Positions 49,170 through 63,000 of a stretch of 64,000 bases of DNA are shown in pieces. A program made the translations under genes and the position numbers. The notes below the pieces were generated by a model, which saw nothing but the letters and a program-made list of their open reading frames with translations, was not told the DNA's origin and made no database searches. This DNA is from Lytechinus pictus (taxonomy: Eukaryota), in NCBI RefSeq assembly GCF_037042905.1, contig NC_087261.1, positions 10,478,001 to 10,542,000 of the forward strand, written 5' to 3'. Positions within the stretch are counted from its first letter, which is position 1; each line of letters starts with the position of its first letter.

Positions 49170-52100
49170 TTACTCCTTGATCTTGATGATGCAAAACTTG
49201 TTCCTGATGTCTTGGGCGGGGTCAATCTTTGAGAGGATGATGAACTGGAAGTTACATGTGACGTGAGGTAAGAACTTGTCCTTCTCGTAATCTGGTCCAT
49301 CCGCATCAGTGATAAGGTACTCGTACCTGCATAATAAATAGAGATTGATGTATGTTTAAAACATTAATAAATGAAAAGTAAATTCAAAATGATTGTTTTT
49401 TTTTTAGTTTATTTTATGCTGATAAATGACAACAAGAAAAAAACAATCATGCAAAAATCAGGAAAAGCATCCCTTTTTTGGCACCTGGGTATAATTATAA
49501 TCAATTAACGGGATTTCATTATATATCAATTGGGCAGTTTAAACACTTCCATTTATACTGGAAGTGAGAAACTTCAATTGTAAAGCTTACTTTTTAAATA
49601 AAAGCAGGGATACAAAAGAAGCAATATGATACAGTATTAAACATTTATAGTATTCTAGCACATGGTCAAACAGAAAGAGACTGGACCAAGACTAGCTCAT
49701 TACGATACAAACAGAATAATGCATCTAAATGGGTTTTTTACAAACTTGCTGTATAATTTAAATGAACGATGTTGGCATCAGGTTCACAACAGAACAAACA
49801 AACCCATAGGTAGCACTTTTTATTTAGAAAAATTTGAAAAAAAATATACTCACTTCTCAAGTATTGATTTGTCCAAGACATCATTCATGAGATCTTTGTG
49901 GATTTCTTCAAACCTATCTCTGCACGAGTTGAACATATCAGAGCCCCCAAAGTCGATGGTGAAATTATTGCCATATCTGTGGAGAATATATCGAGAAAAT
50001 AGACAATGAACCAATTTCAAACAATGATGAGAACAAGCCATGTGTGCCAAATGAACTATCTATACTAGGTCCTTATTCTTTCTTGCATGAGCCACCATAT
50101 GCATAATCAGGAGGGATGTAATTAAAAATATGAAAAAATTAAACCATTTACAATTCACATGACTGCAAAAGGTGGTAAAGTCAGTTTCCTGTATATAATC
50201 ATGCGACTTGAAAACACAATTTGCATCACTTGAAGTCCGCTCCAACTCTGTCTGTGTTCAGTCTATGCAACATACAACATAAACTAAAGAAATATGTTTA
50301 AAACTTTACATAGGATGCCTATTCAACAACAAGTGGAACGCCTCTGGCAGTCTCGCCTGCATTACGCAATGCGATATAGCAGCAGTGCTTCCTTTGAAAA
50401 TATCTAATGAATGTTATTCACAGAATAAAACACTAATATGATAATAAAATATTATGTCCATTGACCCAAAATGACCTTTGACCATGATCATGTGACCTAA
50501 GACATGTGCAAAACAATCATTCATACTTGATTATCCTTATGTCGATGTTTCATGAGCTAGATCCATAAACTTCCTTAGTTATGATGCCAATTGATTCAAC
50601 ACATACTCCCAACACGGCCAGAGTTCATTGACCTTTAAATGACCTTTGATCTTGGCCATGTTCCTGAAATGCACACAGGATATTCAGGGATACATTGCTG
50701 CTCTTATGTCCAAGTTTCATGAACTAGATCCATTGACTTTTAAAGTTATGATGACAATTCCACAAATACCCCCATCATTACCAAAGTTTGTTGACCCTAA
50801 ATGACCTTTGACCTTGGTCATGTGACCTGAAACTCGCACAGGATGTTCAAGGATACTTGATTGCTCTTATGTCCACATTTCATGAACTAGATCCATAAAA
50901 TTTCAAGGTTATGATGACAATTCCTCAAATAACCCAAACATGGCCAAAGTTTGTTGACCCTAAGTTACCTTTGACCTTGGTCATGTGACCTGAAACTCGC
51001 ACATGATATTCAGGGATACAGAGTTGCTCTTATGACCAAGTTTCATAAACTAGATCCATAAAATTTCAAAGTTATGATGACAATTCCTCAAATAACCCTA
51101 ATATGGCCAAAGTTCGTTGACCGTGAGTGACCTTTGACCTTAATCATGTGACCAGAAACTCAGGCAGGATCTTCAGTGATACACTATTAACCTTAGATCT
51201 ACGTTTTATGAACTAGGTCCATATACTTTTGAAGTTATGACAACATTTCAAAAACTTAACCTTGGTTAGGATTTCGATATTGATTCCCCCAACATGGTCC
51301 AAGTTCATTGACCCTAAATGACCTTTGACCTTAGTCATGTGACCTGAAACTCAGACAGGATGTTCAGTAATACTTGATTAGCCTTATGGCCAAGTTTCAT
51401 GAACTAGGTTCATATACTTTCTAAGTTATGATGACATTTCAAAAACTTAACCTTGGTTAAGATTTCAATGTTGACGACGCCGCCGCCGTCGCCAAAGCGG
51501 CGCCTATAGTCTCGCTCTGCTATGCAGGAGAGACAAAAATTACATTCACTTCATTGATGATCTTTTCATTTATTCATCAGCATATTAAAAATTGTAATTT
51601 TGAAGATAAATGAAAGTAGTTGCATTATAAACACTGACTTTAAGTTTAATGGCAAGAAAATTATGTAAAACCAAGGATTAATTGTCTGATGTCACTGGGA
51701 CCCACTGTATATAGTATTATGGTATAACTTCCCTGAAATCCTTGATTTTGATTGGCTGCTGCAGCTGCACATCGTTACTAATGATTAATTGTTACCATTG
51801 TAGCTAATACCATTGGAGTTCAAAGTTACCATAAATTAAAGTAACATTTATGCAATGGGAACCTGGTACAGAACTTTACATCAGGGCGCTGTGAACAATT
51901 GTTTTACACAGGGTTGATGATTTAAATTTGGCAAGCAAAAGACAGATAAATTTGACAAGCAAAAAAAATAAAAACTGTTTCACAACAAAATGCGGGAGGC
52001 TTCAGCCCCCCACTTTTTTCCAAAACCGTGTAAAAAACGTAAAAATGACCATGTGATTGTGATTTTTTGCATGGTCAGCCTCCCCCCACTTTTGGCTCAG

Positions 52101-53935
52101 CCCCCTATGAAAACGGTTCCGCCGCCCCGTATTTCAGAGCTGAGGTATATGTAGGCCTACTTCGGGGCCCCGATTTAGAGTTACGATTGATCCTCTTTGT
52201 AAGACGGGGCCCGGAAAACAAACAAACGGTTTCGGCAACCTCCCCGATGATTGTCTTTCCCATGACCCCCCCCCCCATGATATTCAAGAAGTGGTTTTAA
52301 AAAAGAGAGGAAGGGGGGAGAGAAAACGTGAAATGAGAGTGCAGGGGCCTGGAAACGATTTTTGAAGAGGTCGGGGTGCTTGTTTAGAAACATAAAAAAA
52401 GTTAAATGCATGCAATAAAAATCTTAAGCACACATCCGTCAAGCTTACCAGCTAATTGGTTTTTCGTTGTTGGTTTTTTTATTTTATCTATAGGTCTATG
52501 TTTTTGTTTTGTTTCATCGTAAATACTTTCCCCTCTCTATGCAACCCATTTGTACATTTTCTAAGAAAAGGCGCTCATTTTATTATTCAGCACCCCGCTT
52601 CCCAGGTCCGCGAAGGAGGGGAAATTTTAAGACCAGTCGTTGGTTGATTGTGCAGCTCCCTCACCCCAGTAATTTAATACTAAACGTCTTTCCCCCTGTC
52701 ATAAAAGGCCGCGCCCCTATACACCCACCTGACAGGTACCTTATACCGGTAACCCCATACCAACATGTATATTTTTTCGAAGAGAAACCAAGTTTCTGTT
52801 CCCTTCTGCATAAACACAACACCAAACAAACAGATAATAAAGATACACAAAGAGGGCTACCCCGGGGGGCTACAAACCTTATTGATCCAATAAGACGTTT
52901 CCTTATCGTTTCTGCTTGCATGTCCGACGGAGAGATGGCGTCCAAACAATTACCTCCTTGGTAACGAAGAAATACCGCTGCTCTCCCGCCGCTATCGACG
53001 ATCATCGGCCATTTCCCTGTCGACTTGATCTTCCCGTCATCATCCTTGAGTACGTCCGAGAGATCTTTGAGTTCGATCTCGATGATGACCGGCTTGGGCT
53101 GTTCGTCAGTGGTTGACATCTTGGCTAGCTTGTCAGTCACATCTACAAGACGACAACATATCAAAGGATGAATTTATTTCAGTTAATATTGTCCACTATA
53201 GTGTAAATAGTGAGAAAAGATATAGGGAAAAAATGTGAAATAAAAGATTTTTTTGTATTTTACTATACTAAAAGCCTGGATCTAGGCATTGACGTAAAAT
53301 ATAAGCCTGACGTCTGGATTGTCATGAAGAAGCGACACTAATTTTCTCAATTAAGGCACATTTTCAAATAATCACGAAAATTCCAGACATAACCAAGGAT
53401 ACAAATAAATTTGCAAATGTATCAACATTTTTCAAGAGGCCTAATTTAATATGATGAAAACAATATATGCTTATATATACTCAAAACTATTAATTACTTA
53501 TAGGCCTTTAGGGGACTTAAATATTGAGAACACTGAGAAATCAATAACATCGTCATATGGCGATGTGGGTTCAAACAAAAACAAATAAGGTTCCAAATTA
53601 AATAAAGCCGTCAGCCTTATAATATTACATTACTCAACAAAAATGACTTTTCCCAACTTTTCGCTATAGTATTAAGGAAACGCCCATGTCATGAGTAGCA
53701 TATTTCAATTAGCAAGAAAAATAGGAAAACAATCAGGAATATTCAGAATCAGATTATTTCCTCAACATGAAGAAAAGATCTAGTCTATACGATAAGTTTT
53801 ACCTTTTGCATCCTTGCTTGATGTGGCGCCTTTCTTTTGAGATGAAACTGGAGTTGTTTTTCTGCCGCCATTTGCACCGGTCTTCTTTGCGGGAGTTGCT
53901 TTCTTCGGGACCGCTGTTGGTTTCTTTGGAGGCAT
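49170..53935 (-). CDS. short IQANK1 paralogue (Lys-rich N-terminus + IQANK1 C-terminal domain; no IQ or ankyrin), 225 aa
   Basis: Exons 53935-53803, 53142-52878, 49976-49854, 49326-49170; GT-AG, phases 1,2,2; 678 nt open. MPPKKPTAVPKKATPAKK..; GKWPMIVDSGGRAAVFLRYQ..LIGSIRYG..; same intron positions as the neighbouring IQANK1-like exons; AATAAA on the minus strand at ~48920. Confidence 0.82.
50328..51538. mobile_element. non-autonomous Helentron/HINE-like element, copy 1 (~6 x 163-bp repeats)
   Basis: AACAAG start, subterminal inverted repeat GTCTCGCCTGCAT / ATGCAGGAGAGAC, terminal hairpin, internal tandem repeats, A-rich insertion site without TSD. Confidence 0.7.
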
Positions 53936-54513
53936 TTCGTCGAATGCAAGTGGGCGTTAATTGGTGGTTACAAATTAAAGAGTTGTTCTAGCTAACTTGT
54001 GTTTCATGATTTACACCAGTTGAACTTCATTTTCTCATGTTCTCTGAATTATGTGTTGGCCAAGTATTACCAGGTGGGTATATATATATACTTACGCGGG
54101 GTGGGTATATGTGTACTGTACAAATGCGGCAAAAACACTGTATCTGCATCGTTACTGCAAACAAACTCGTGCTACAGGTGGGTACGGTGCGCGCCAATCA
54201 TAATCCAAAAGATACCTTCTTTTATTGTTACGTCATCTTGGCCCGATCGATTGTTATCAAGCGGGTTTCAATAGAATGGAGCCCGACCTCAGAGTATGGG
54301 GAAGCTGTATTGTTACGTTGTAAATATACTTTTAAGCTCGTTTGAATATTTTTTTTGTTGTTCAACCTTTCCTTTCATTCCGCTTCTTATCTTTTCGGCG
54401 CAAGGGTCCCTAATAATCCTATTCTCTCCTTCTATATCTTTAATGTTTATTCGATCGTTTCAGTTGTCTCGTCTATCCATTGATGCCCACTGTCAAATTG
54501 ATGTTGATGGCAG

Positions 54514-56001
54514 CACTGGCGTAAATCCCGGGGGGGATAGGGGGGATATATCCCCCCCACTTTTCGAGGAGGGGGGGGATGGCCTGTACAAACATCCCCA
54601 CACTTTTTACGAAAGAAATGAAAAAAAAAATCATAAGAGACAATTGTTTTATTGGTGAAAATTCTTCCTAAAATACCGCTTAACAAATAAAACAATATTT
54701 TGATTGAATCATAAAATGCAAATAAAGAGCCATTTCACCATTTCCAAACGAATTAATTACTTATGTGCTTATTATAACATTGAAGAGAAACCCCCTTTTT
54801 CTTCCAATTCATCAATGTTGGGGTCTTTGGGAAGGGATTAAGATGGAATGTCAAAAAATTTTGAATGTAATCTCTAATAAAACCATCATGGGGTAAAAAA
54901 TATAATAATATTGGAGGGGTATTTGCCGTATGGACATACAGTGGCGTAACTATACGGGGGGCATGGGGGGGGCACATCCCCCCCATCGGCTGACAAAAAA
55001 AAACGGGGAAAGGGGGGAAAGGAGAAAAAAGGGAGAAAGGAAGAGAAACGTACGTAGTGGGAAAGAAGAAAATATTATTCATTATAATGTTATATTATAT
55101 TATAATTATGTTATGTTACATTACAACTTTATGAAACATAATTTGCCCAGGGCTTACGTCTTTTTTATTGTTCCTGGTGCTCGCATTGTCTGTTTAACGA
55201 GATATATATAATCCAGTTGTACTAAAACATCCCGTTTTCAAGTCAATATAAACCAAATATATTTCCTAGCACTTGAGTTATCATTTGTTTTATGTAGTGA
55301 CATATGCTTCTTTTTCATGACTCAAAAGTGATTGCCCCATGTTAAGGTCTTCGTATATATGAAACATTTCCTGTCCGTGATTACGTTCGCATTAGTGGAT
55401 TGGTGAGATATGTCTGCTCTTCATGAATTCCTAAAATCAGTCCTTAAAATTTCCCTTCTTCTGATCTGAATATCAAAAATTTTTAGCTCGCGCTTCGCGC
55501 TCGCATCATTTGGTTAATTAAATACGTATGGTCCTAATTAATTCCTACAAAGAAACCTTAGAATGCCCCACTTCAGGTCTGAATTATCTATGTTTTCAGC
55601 TCGCGCTTCGCGCTCGCATTGTTTAGCGAGACAGGTAGCTATCATGATTACACAAATTTGATTATAATTGTCCCTTTTTCGGTGTGAATATAAAAAAAAT
55701 TCAGCTCGCGCTTCGCGCTCGCATTATTTGATCAGTGACATACACCGTTTAATGACATTGTCCTTAAAATGTCTCTATTAGGTCAGTATAACTGGCAACT
55801 TCGCGCGCTCACTAGCGCACTCACTTATTGATTCAAAAATTTTGCTGGTGCCCCCCCCCCCCTCCCCAATGCCGTGACCCACGGTACGCCACTGTGGACA
55901 TATCAATGACAATTCGTTGCATATCTAAAAACATGATTGCAAAAAAATGCCAAAATATTTCAGTCATCCCCCCCACCCATCAACACGGATTTACGCCAGT
56001 G
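54514..56001. mobile_element. non-autonomous hAT element (outer)
   Basis: TIR CACTGGCGTAAATCC / GGATTTACGCCAGTG; perfect 8-bp TSD GATGGCAG. Confidence 0.85.
54939..55894. mobile_element. non-autonomous hAT element nested in the previous one
   Basis: TIR CAGTGGCGTA / TACGCCACTG; perfect 8-bp TSD TGGACATA. Confidence 0.85.
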
Positions 56002-56731
56002 GATGGCAGTCCCCAGTCGAGGACTAACTTGGTTTGTTTACATAAAGATCAAGGCCTACCGGGATCGATCTTTCCACGTATTTTTGCTTTAAATTCCTCT
56101 CCTTAAATAGGCCCAACATGTTTTTTCTCTCTCTCCCTCTCCCTAAAATTTAAAATTCCCTTTCAACTTACTTCTCTCTCTCTCTTTCTTCCCTCCTCTC
56201 ACTTCCATCGATTTCTTCTTGACATATTCCACTGCCTCAACTTTCTCTTTTTTATCAAAAATAGCAAAATATGTCTTCTCTGAGATTCAAATGCTTGCTT
56301 TATCACTATGACCAAACATTTGACCTCTTCTTTTCTGTAAACTTGGTACTCTCATCTTAAAAAAAAAAAACAAGACAATTAGAATTCTTTTCAAAATATT
56401 TAATTTAAAATCATAAAAAAACTTAAAAATCCAAAGATGTATAATATATATCAATATACACATTAATGGACGGAAGGACGATGTCTCAGTCCTGGATGGA
56501 AGAAAAACTTGCTCTGAAAAGAACATGGACGGAACGTATTAGGCCTAATGTGAACAAGCATTTTAATGCATTTCAGAAGTAAAATACAAAAAGAAGGCAC
56601 TATATATATTAGATCAAGGCTCATGCATTCAGCTTGAATTTCAGTAAAAACTACAAAATCAACATATACTTGCAAACTACTATAATTGCAAGTGGAAATC
56701 CATACAAAGATACCGACGTAATCTGGATCTA

Positions 56732-58304
56732 CCGTGTGAGTAACCCCCCCCCCCCAAAAAAAAAAAACAAGTGGAATGCCTCTGGCCGTCTCACCTGCAT
56801 CACGCGATTCAATATAGCAGCAGTGCTGATTTTGAAAACTACTATGACTCGCACAAGATGTTCAGTGATACTTGGTTACTCTTATTTCCACGTTTTATGA
56901 ACTAGACCAATACACTTAAAGAGATATGATGGCAATTCAACAAATACATGTACCAGCAACGTGGCCAAAGTTCTTTGACCTTACATGACCTTTGACCTTG
57001 ATCATGTGACCTGAAACTCGCACAGGATGTTCAGTGATACCTGATTACTCTTATGTCCAAGTTTTATGAACTAGACCAACACACTTTCAAATTTATGGCT
57101 GTAATTCGACAAATACCCCAATTTGGCCAAAGTTCATTGACCCTAAATGACCTTTGACCTTGATCATGTGACCTGAAACTTGCACAGGATGTTCAGTAAT
57201 ACTTGATTACTATTATGTCCAAGTTTCATGAATCAGATCCATAAACTTTCAAAGTTATGATGGTAATTCAACAGATACCCCCAATTTGGCCAAAGTTCAT
57301 TGACCCTAAATGACCTTTGACCTTGATCATGTGACGTGAAACTCATGCAGGATGTTCAGTGATACTTGATTAACCTTATGTATAAGTTTCATGAACTAGG
57401 TCCATATATTTTCTAAGTTATGATGACATTTCAAAAACTTAACCTTAGGTTAAGATTTTGATGTTGATTCCCCCAACACGGTCTAAGTTCATTGACCCTA
57501 AATGACCTTTGACCTTGGTCATGTGACATGAAACTCAGGCAGGATGTTCAGTAATACTTGATTAACCTTATGGCCAAGTTTCATGAACTAGGTCCATATA
57601 CTTTCTAAGTTATGCTGTCATTTCAAAAACTTAACCTCAGGTTAAGATTTGGTGTTGACGCCGCCGCCGTCGCCGTCGGAAAAGCGGCGCCTATAGTCTC
57701 ACTCTGCTATGCAGGTGAGACAAAAAATGACACGAGCACATAATCATTGTATAGCCGAAAGAAGATTTTCTCCCAAATAATTTGATACCATATTTATGTG
57801 GTATGTCTTCACACTTGGATAATTAGTATATAGGTATTCTTTGCAGTGGTGTAAATTTTGTCTTGCGTCAAAGTAAGGCACAACTCCAATTAATGAATCC
57901 AGATGTCAATGTCATAACTCATAAGCCTGGGTTGTTTTAAAATCCATTGCAAAACACTTTTCAATAATTAACATTAGAATTGTTTAATAAACACTTTTTA
58001 CTGAGTATCAATTCTCGAGTTAATTTTATTGAATAGAGGTTTGCAAACCGGCTTACTGACTCGTGTAGGATTAAGACATCATTGGCATCTGAATTCATTC
58101 ATTGCAGCCATGCCTTATCAAACTTTACATCACAATAAAAAAATACCTCCTGATTATCCAAGCGTCAACACATACCACATAAATATGGTAACAAATTATT
58201 TTGGAGAAGATACTCTTACAGGCCATGTAATATGTATGTGTTCATGAAGATTTTTCCCTTAAGCTGAAGATTTGTGAGGTGTCATTTTTTTTTACTCACA
58301 AGAA
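56732..58304. mobile_element. Tc1/mariner-type MITE, copy 2, split by Helentron-like insertion
   Basis: TA-CCGTGTGAGT at left, ACTCACAAG-AA-TA at right; 57727-58304 homologous to 5359-5927. Confidence 0.6.
56766..57724. mobile_element. non-autonomous Helentron/HINE-like element, copy 2 (~4 x 163-bp repeats)
   Basis: Same termini and repeat unit as copy 1; subTIR GTCTCACCTGCAT / ATGCAGGTGAGAC shows a compensatory change. Confidence 0.7.
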
Positions 58305-58392
58305 TAGAGTGTTTCATTAAGCTCTTTATCAATTACAAATGACTTAATGCAAGACTGGAATCCCTTTCTTGTGCTAAGTGATATATCCCTGT

Positions 58393-58575
58393 CAGGGGCG
58401 GATCCAGGATTTTCCAAAAGGGGGGGGGGCAGTTTTTCCTAAGAAAAAAGAAAAAGGTTTTCAACAGAGAATTAAGGATATTTCGTTCACGAGAAAGTTT
58501 GACCAAAAAAAAGGGTACGTCCTCAAAAGAGGGGGCACGGGCCGGCTGTGCCCCCCCCCCCCGGGTCCTCCAGTG
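58393..58575. mobile_element. hAT-type MITE
   Basis: CAGGGGCGGATCC start, CCAGTG end, TSD ATCCCTGT/ATTCCTGT. Confidence 0.6.
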
Positions 58576-60080
58576 ATTCCTGTGTACACGATTTAGCACT
58601 TAAGTACATGTTCCAGTTGTGCGTAAAAATGTGTGTAAATAAAACTGTTTGTAAGACACGAGCGACTTTAACGAACGTTTGGTGATCCTAATCAAAGGAT
58701 TCAATTACAGATAAATAATAAGTAGCTGTGTTACCCCTGTGGTGTTGTTAGAGAAACATGAAGAACTAATTATTTATTTGACTGGTGATCCTTTCTTGTA
58801 GTGAATGATACAGGGTCTACACCAAATTTTCATTCCAGTTGTCCATAAAGTTGCTCGTAACTTACGAACAGCTTTATGGCACACCCCCTGTTATGATAAC
58901 TGGCAACAAAAAGTAGCAGCTTGATTGATGAGGCTCATTGCAGACATTCATACAGAGGCATTAATCAGTTCATTCATTTCATTTGCCATTCCCTGGGGAA
59001 TATTTCTAGTATAATAATGGTCACAATGGCCGTGGCTACTGACTTTCTAAAGTGGTGATGCTCTGGAATGGAAATTTAGGCTGAAAATGAGGGTCTAGAC
59101 CGCGGCACATATTACATAACATACATTAATTTTTATAGTAAGTATCCCCTGGGTCTCATCCTATCACAGTAGCCTTGCCAGAGGATGCCAGTGCTATGTC
59201 AGAGATCAACCAGTGATCTTTCCTTATCAAGTTAAATGCTTAAATCCAAGAAAAAATACACAGTAATGGAAGCACTTCCACCAAGGATTGTTGTCTCTGA
59301 TAGGCTCATGCAATCATTTACACATAAAGTATATGGAATGAACTGAGGTCTATGGAATAGATAACAAAAGCGGTATAAATATAAGATCTGAGATTTAATA
59401 CAGTTTATATACGAACCAGCACACACAAAATTACAAGGAATTATTGAAAGACACACAATCAACAGTTAACACATTTAAATTTTGAATAAAAATTTTCAAT
59501 TGAAATATTGAAACATACTGCATTGTTGACTTTCGCACTTCAGTAGGGCAGACATCAATTTTGCTAGCGGATTATGTCGAAAGCAATGGTTGGAAATCGC
59601 AAACTTTCAGGAACCATTCTAGAGTGAATATCAGGCTGAGAGTTCTGGCACATAGTTTGACATTATATCCAATTACTTTTAGATCAAATAATATGTTGCT
59701 GCCATTACTTAATATGAGCTTTAGGGGCAACAAAAGATGAAAAGGGTCAATTGATCTATGACTATCTTCACCATTAAACCTCGCAACTGTCCATTTTCAC
59801 GAGGGGCCTAATTTTCCTTGCTGATGCCAACTTTATTTTCTCTTGATAGCATGCGTCACAAGAGAGAATGGAAAATTGACAGAAATACTGAACTGAATGA
59901 TGAATCTCAGGAGCAGGGAAGAATAAGGATTAATCAGTAACTGTTTATAACAGAGGTTGAAAAATCTCTTCAAAGAGAAGAGAAAAAAAGTGAGTATTGA
60001 GTACACTATTGTTGAACAATCTCTCAGGATTTAAATGTAGGAATGACATCACAATAAGGACGCGACTTGCATGAATTCGA

Positions 60081-63000
60081 TCAACCTAGTACTACCCTGA
60101 GTACATAGAACCTCTCCATTATCGCGTCATCCAGTTCATTCTTCGAGACTAGGAGCATCTTGAAGTTCTGGACCCTGTTCTGCATGAATTTGTTCTTGTT
60201 GTATTCCTCACCATCGCTGTCTCTCACAAGGTATAGATATCTGAAGAAAAAAATACAGATGAATATGTGGGACCTCTTGGGAACACTGATATCTGCTCTA
60301 TTTAGGGTGCAAACAGGCATAATATTCCCCTCTGAAAAATAGCCAAGGGTCGCTAAGTCACCACCGAGGTCCGAGGCGCCCCGGTTGGGGATACAAGCTC
60401 TTGCATAGTAAAGAAATCGAAAGTGATTTTTAAAGGTGAGTCTGCATGATAGGTTTACCATTTCACTTAAAAAAGCAGTAAAAAACAGCATGAGAATGTT
60501 CTTGGGCAAAGGATTTCACATTAAAAAAAAATCTGAAAAAAATTATTTTAAATATCGGAATTCTGTTTTTAGTGGGGAGAATATCATGCCTGGGTGCAAA
60601 TAAGACATGTTTTGCATCTATGGTATGGGAAAAATAATGCTTTGAGTTTGGCGATTATTACGAAGACTCCGCTGCATTAGTAAGGTTGGTCAAGATAATG
60701 GGGCAAACTATCACTAGCAAGGCATTGTAGATATTAATGAAATGATTACAATTAGTGAAAGTGATGTATCTAATTACCATTTCGTTTCTTTGGATCTGGC
60801 CATCTTTCCAAAGCTAATCTAGGGGGAAGCTGGCAATTCATATATTGCAAAGGAAGTGATAGTTTGTCTCATTAACACTGGTAAAAATAATAATTGTACA
60901 TTTATATTGCGCAATTACTACTCAACTGTACTGCCTACAGGCGCTCTGGCATTCAAGGAATTTTTTCCTACTGGGTACCCATTCACCTCACCTTGGTTGA
61001 GTGCAGAACAAAATTTGGGTAAATTTCTTGCTGAAGGAAAACATGCCATGGCTGGGAATCGAACACACATCCCTCAGATTGAAAGACAAGAGTCAAAACC
61101 ACTACACCACGATGTACCCATTCACTGAAACCAGTCCAAGGCTTCATATTCTTTTGATTCAAATTTAAAGTTTTTTTTCTGAAAAGCTTCCGTTTGAATA
61201 CTTGTTGGATAAAACGAGATTGGACTCTATGTGGAATAAAATACTCACTTTTCATTCTCTAGTATACTCTTATTAAGGATGTCTTCTAGCAGTCCTGGCT
61301 GAACTTCATCAAACCTTGAAACACACGTCTCAAACATGTCCACCTCCAGGAAATCAAGCACAAACGGTTTGCCATACCTGAGAAAGGATGCAAAAACATG
61401 TAAAGTGGAAATATGTCACCATGAAAAATGATTTATTTCTATTAAGTGGAGTGTTTAGACAAGAAGAATATACCAATGACAACAGGAGTTTGGATTGAGA
61501 ATAATGCTGGAAGTTATTCTAAATTTTGTGCAGTAGTTCAGTCAAATTATTTCAATGTTTTACTAAACAGTCCAGTTGTGGAAAGAATAAAACAAAAATT
61601 AATTCATAGTCTAACAGAATGACCACCCAGTCGATCAATTGTGGGCCAGAGTTCTGGGGGGAAAGAATATCTTTCTAGTATGTGACAAAATACCATGACA
61701 TTCTTTATGTAAAGATCTAATAAAGTAAGAGAGAGAGAATGAAAAAGGAAGAGAGAGGAAGAATGAGGGATAGAAAGAGAATTATGGCCAGAGTAAGAAA
61801 GGTAGAAATGGAAGGGGCAGGGGGGGGGGGAGAAAGAAAATACGGGCAACCCCTTCCCAAATATCAATACGTAATAACAAACAAGTGGAACGCCTCTGGC
61901 AGTCTCGCCTGCATTACGCAATTCGATATACATGTAGCAGCAGTGCTGACTTTGAAAACAGCTATTAAATAATCATTCACAAAAGAATACTATGTCCATT
62001 GACCCAAGATGACCTTTGACCATGATCATGTGACCTAAGACATGTGCAAAACAATCATTTATACTTGATTACCCTTATGTCTATGTTTCATGAACTACAT
62101 GTGTAGAGCCATACACTTTCTAAGTTATAAAGCAAATTCAACATATACCCCCAACACGGCCAAAGTTCATTGACCCTAAATGACCTTTGATATTGGTCAT
62201 GTGACCAAACAAGCACAATATATTCAGGGATACATGGGTACTCTAATGTCCCAAGTTTCATGAACTAGATCTATATACTTTAAAGTTATGATAATTCCAC
62301 CAATTTGGCAATACCCCCACATTATCAAAGTTCGTTGACCCTAAATGACATTTGACCTAGATCATGTGATATGAAACTTGCACAAGATGTTCAGGGATAC
62401 TTCATTGCTCTTACGTCTAAGTTTCATGAACTAGATCCATAAAATGTCAAAGTTATGATGACAATTCCTCAAATACCCCCAACATGGTCAAAGTTCATTG
62501 ACCCTAAGTGACCTTTGACCTTGGTCATGTGATCTGAAACTCAGGTAGGATCTTCAGTTATACACTATCACTCTTATGTCTAAGTTTCATGAACTAGGTC
62601 CATATACCTTAGAAGTTATGACGACATTTCAAAAACTTAACCTTGGTTAAGATTTCGATATTGATTCCCCCAACATGGTCTAAGTTCATTGACCCTAAAT
62701 GACCTTTGACCTTGGTCATGTGACCTGAAACTCAGACAGGATCTTCAGTAATACCTGATTACCCTTATGTCCAAGTTTCATGAACTAGGTCCATATACTT
62801 TCTAAGTTATGACATTTCAAAACTTTAACCTTGGTTAAGATTTCAATGTTGACGACGCCGCCGTCTATAGTCTCGCTCTGCTATGCAGGCGAGACAAAAA
62901 TAATAATGAAAAACAACCACTTAACATACCTTATGGCTCCTAACACAGCACACCTTATAACCTCTGGCTGCATATGATTTGGGTTGAGGGCGTTGATGAA

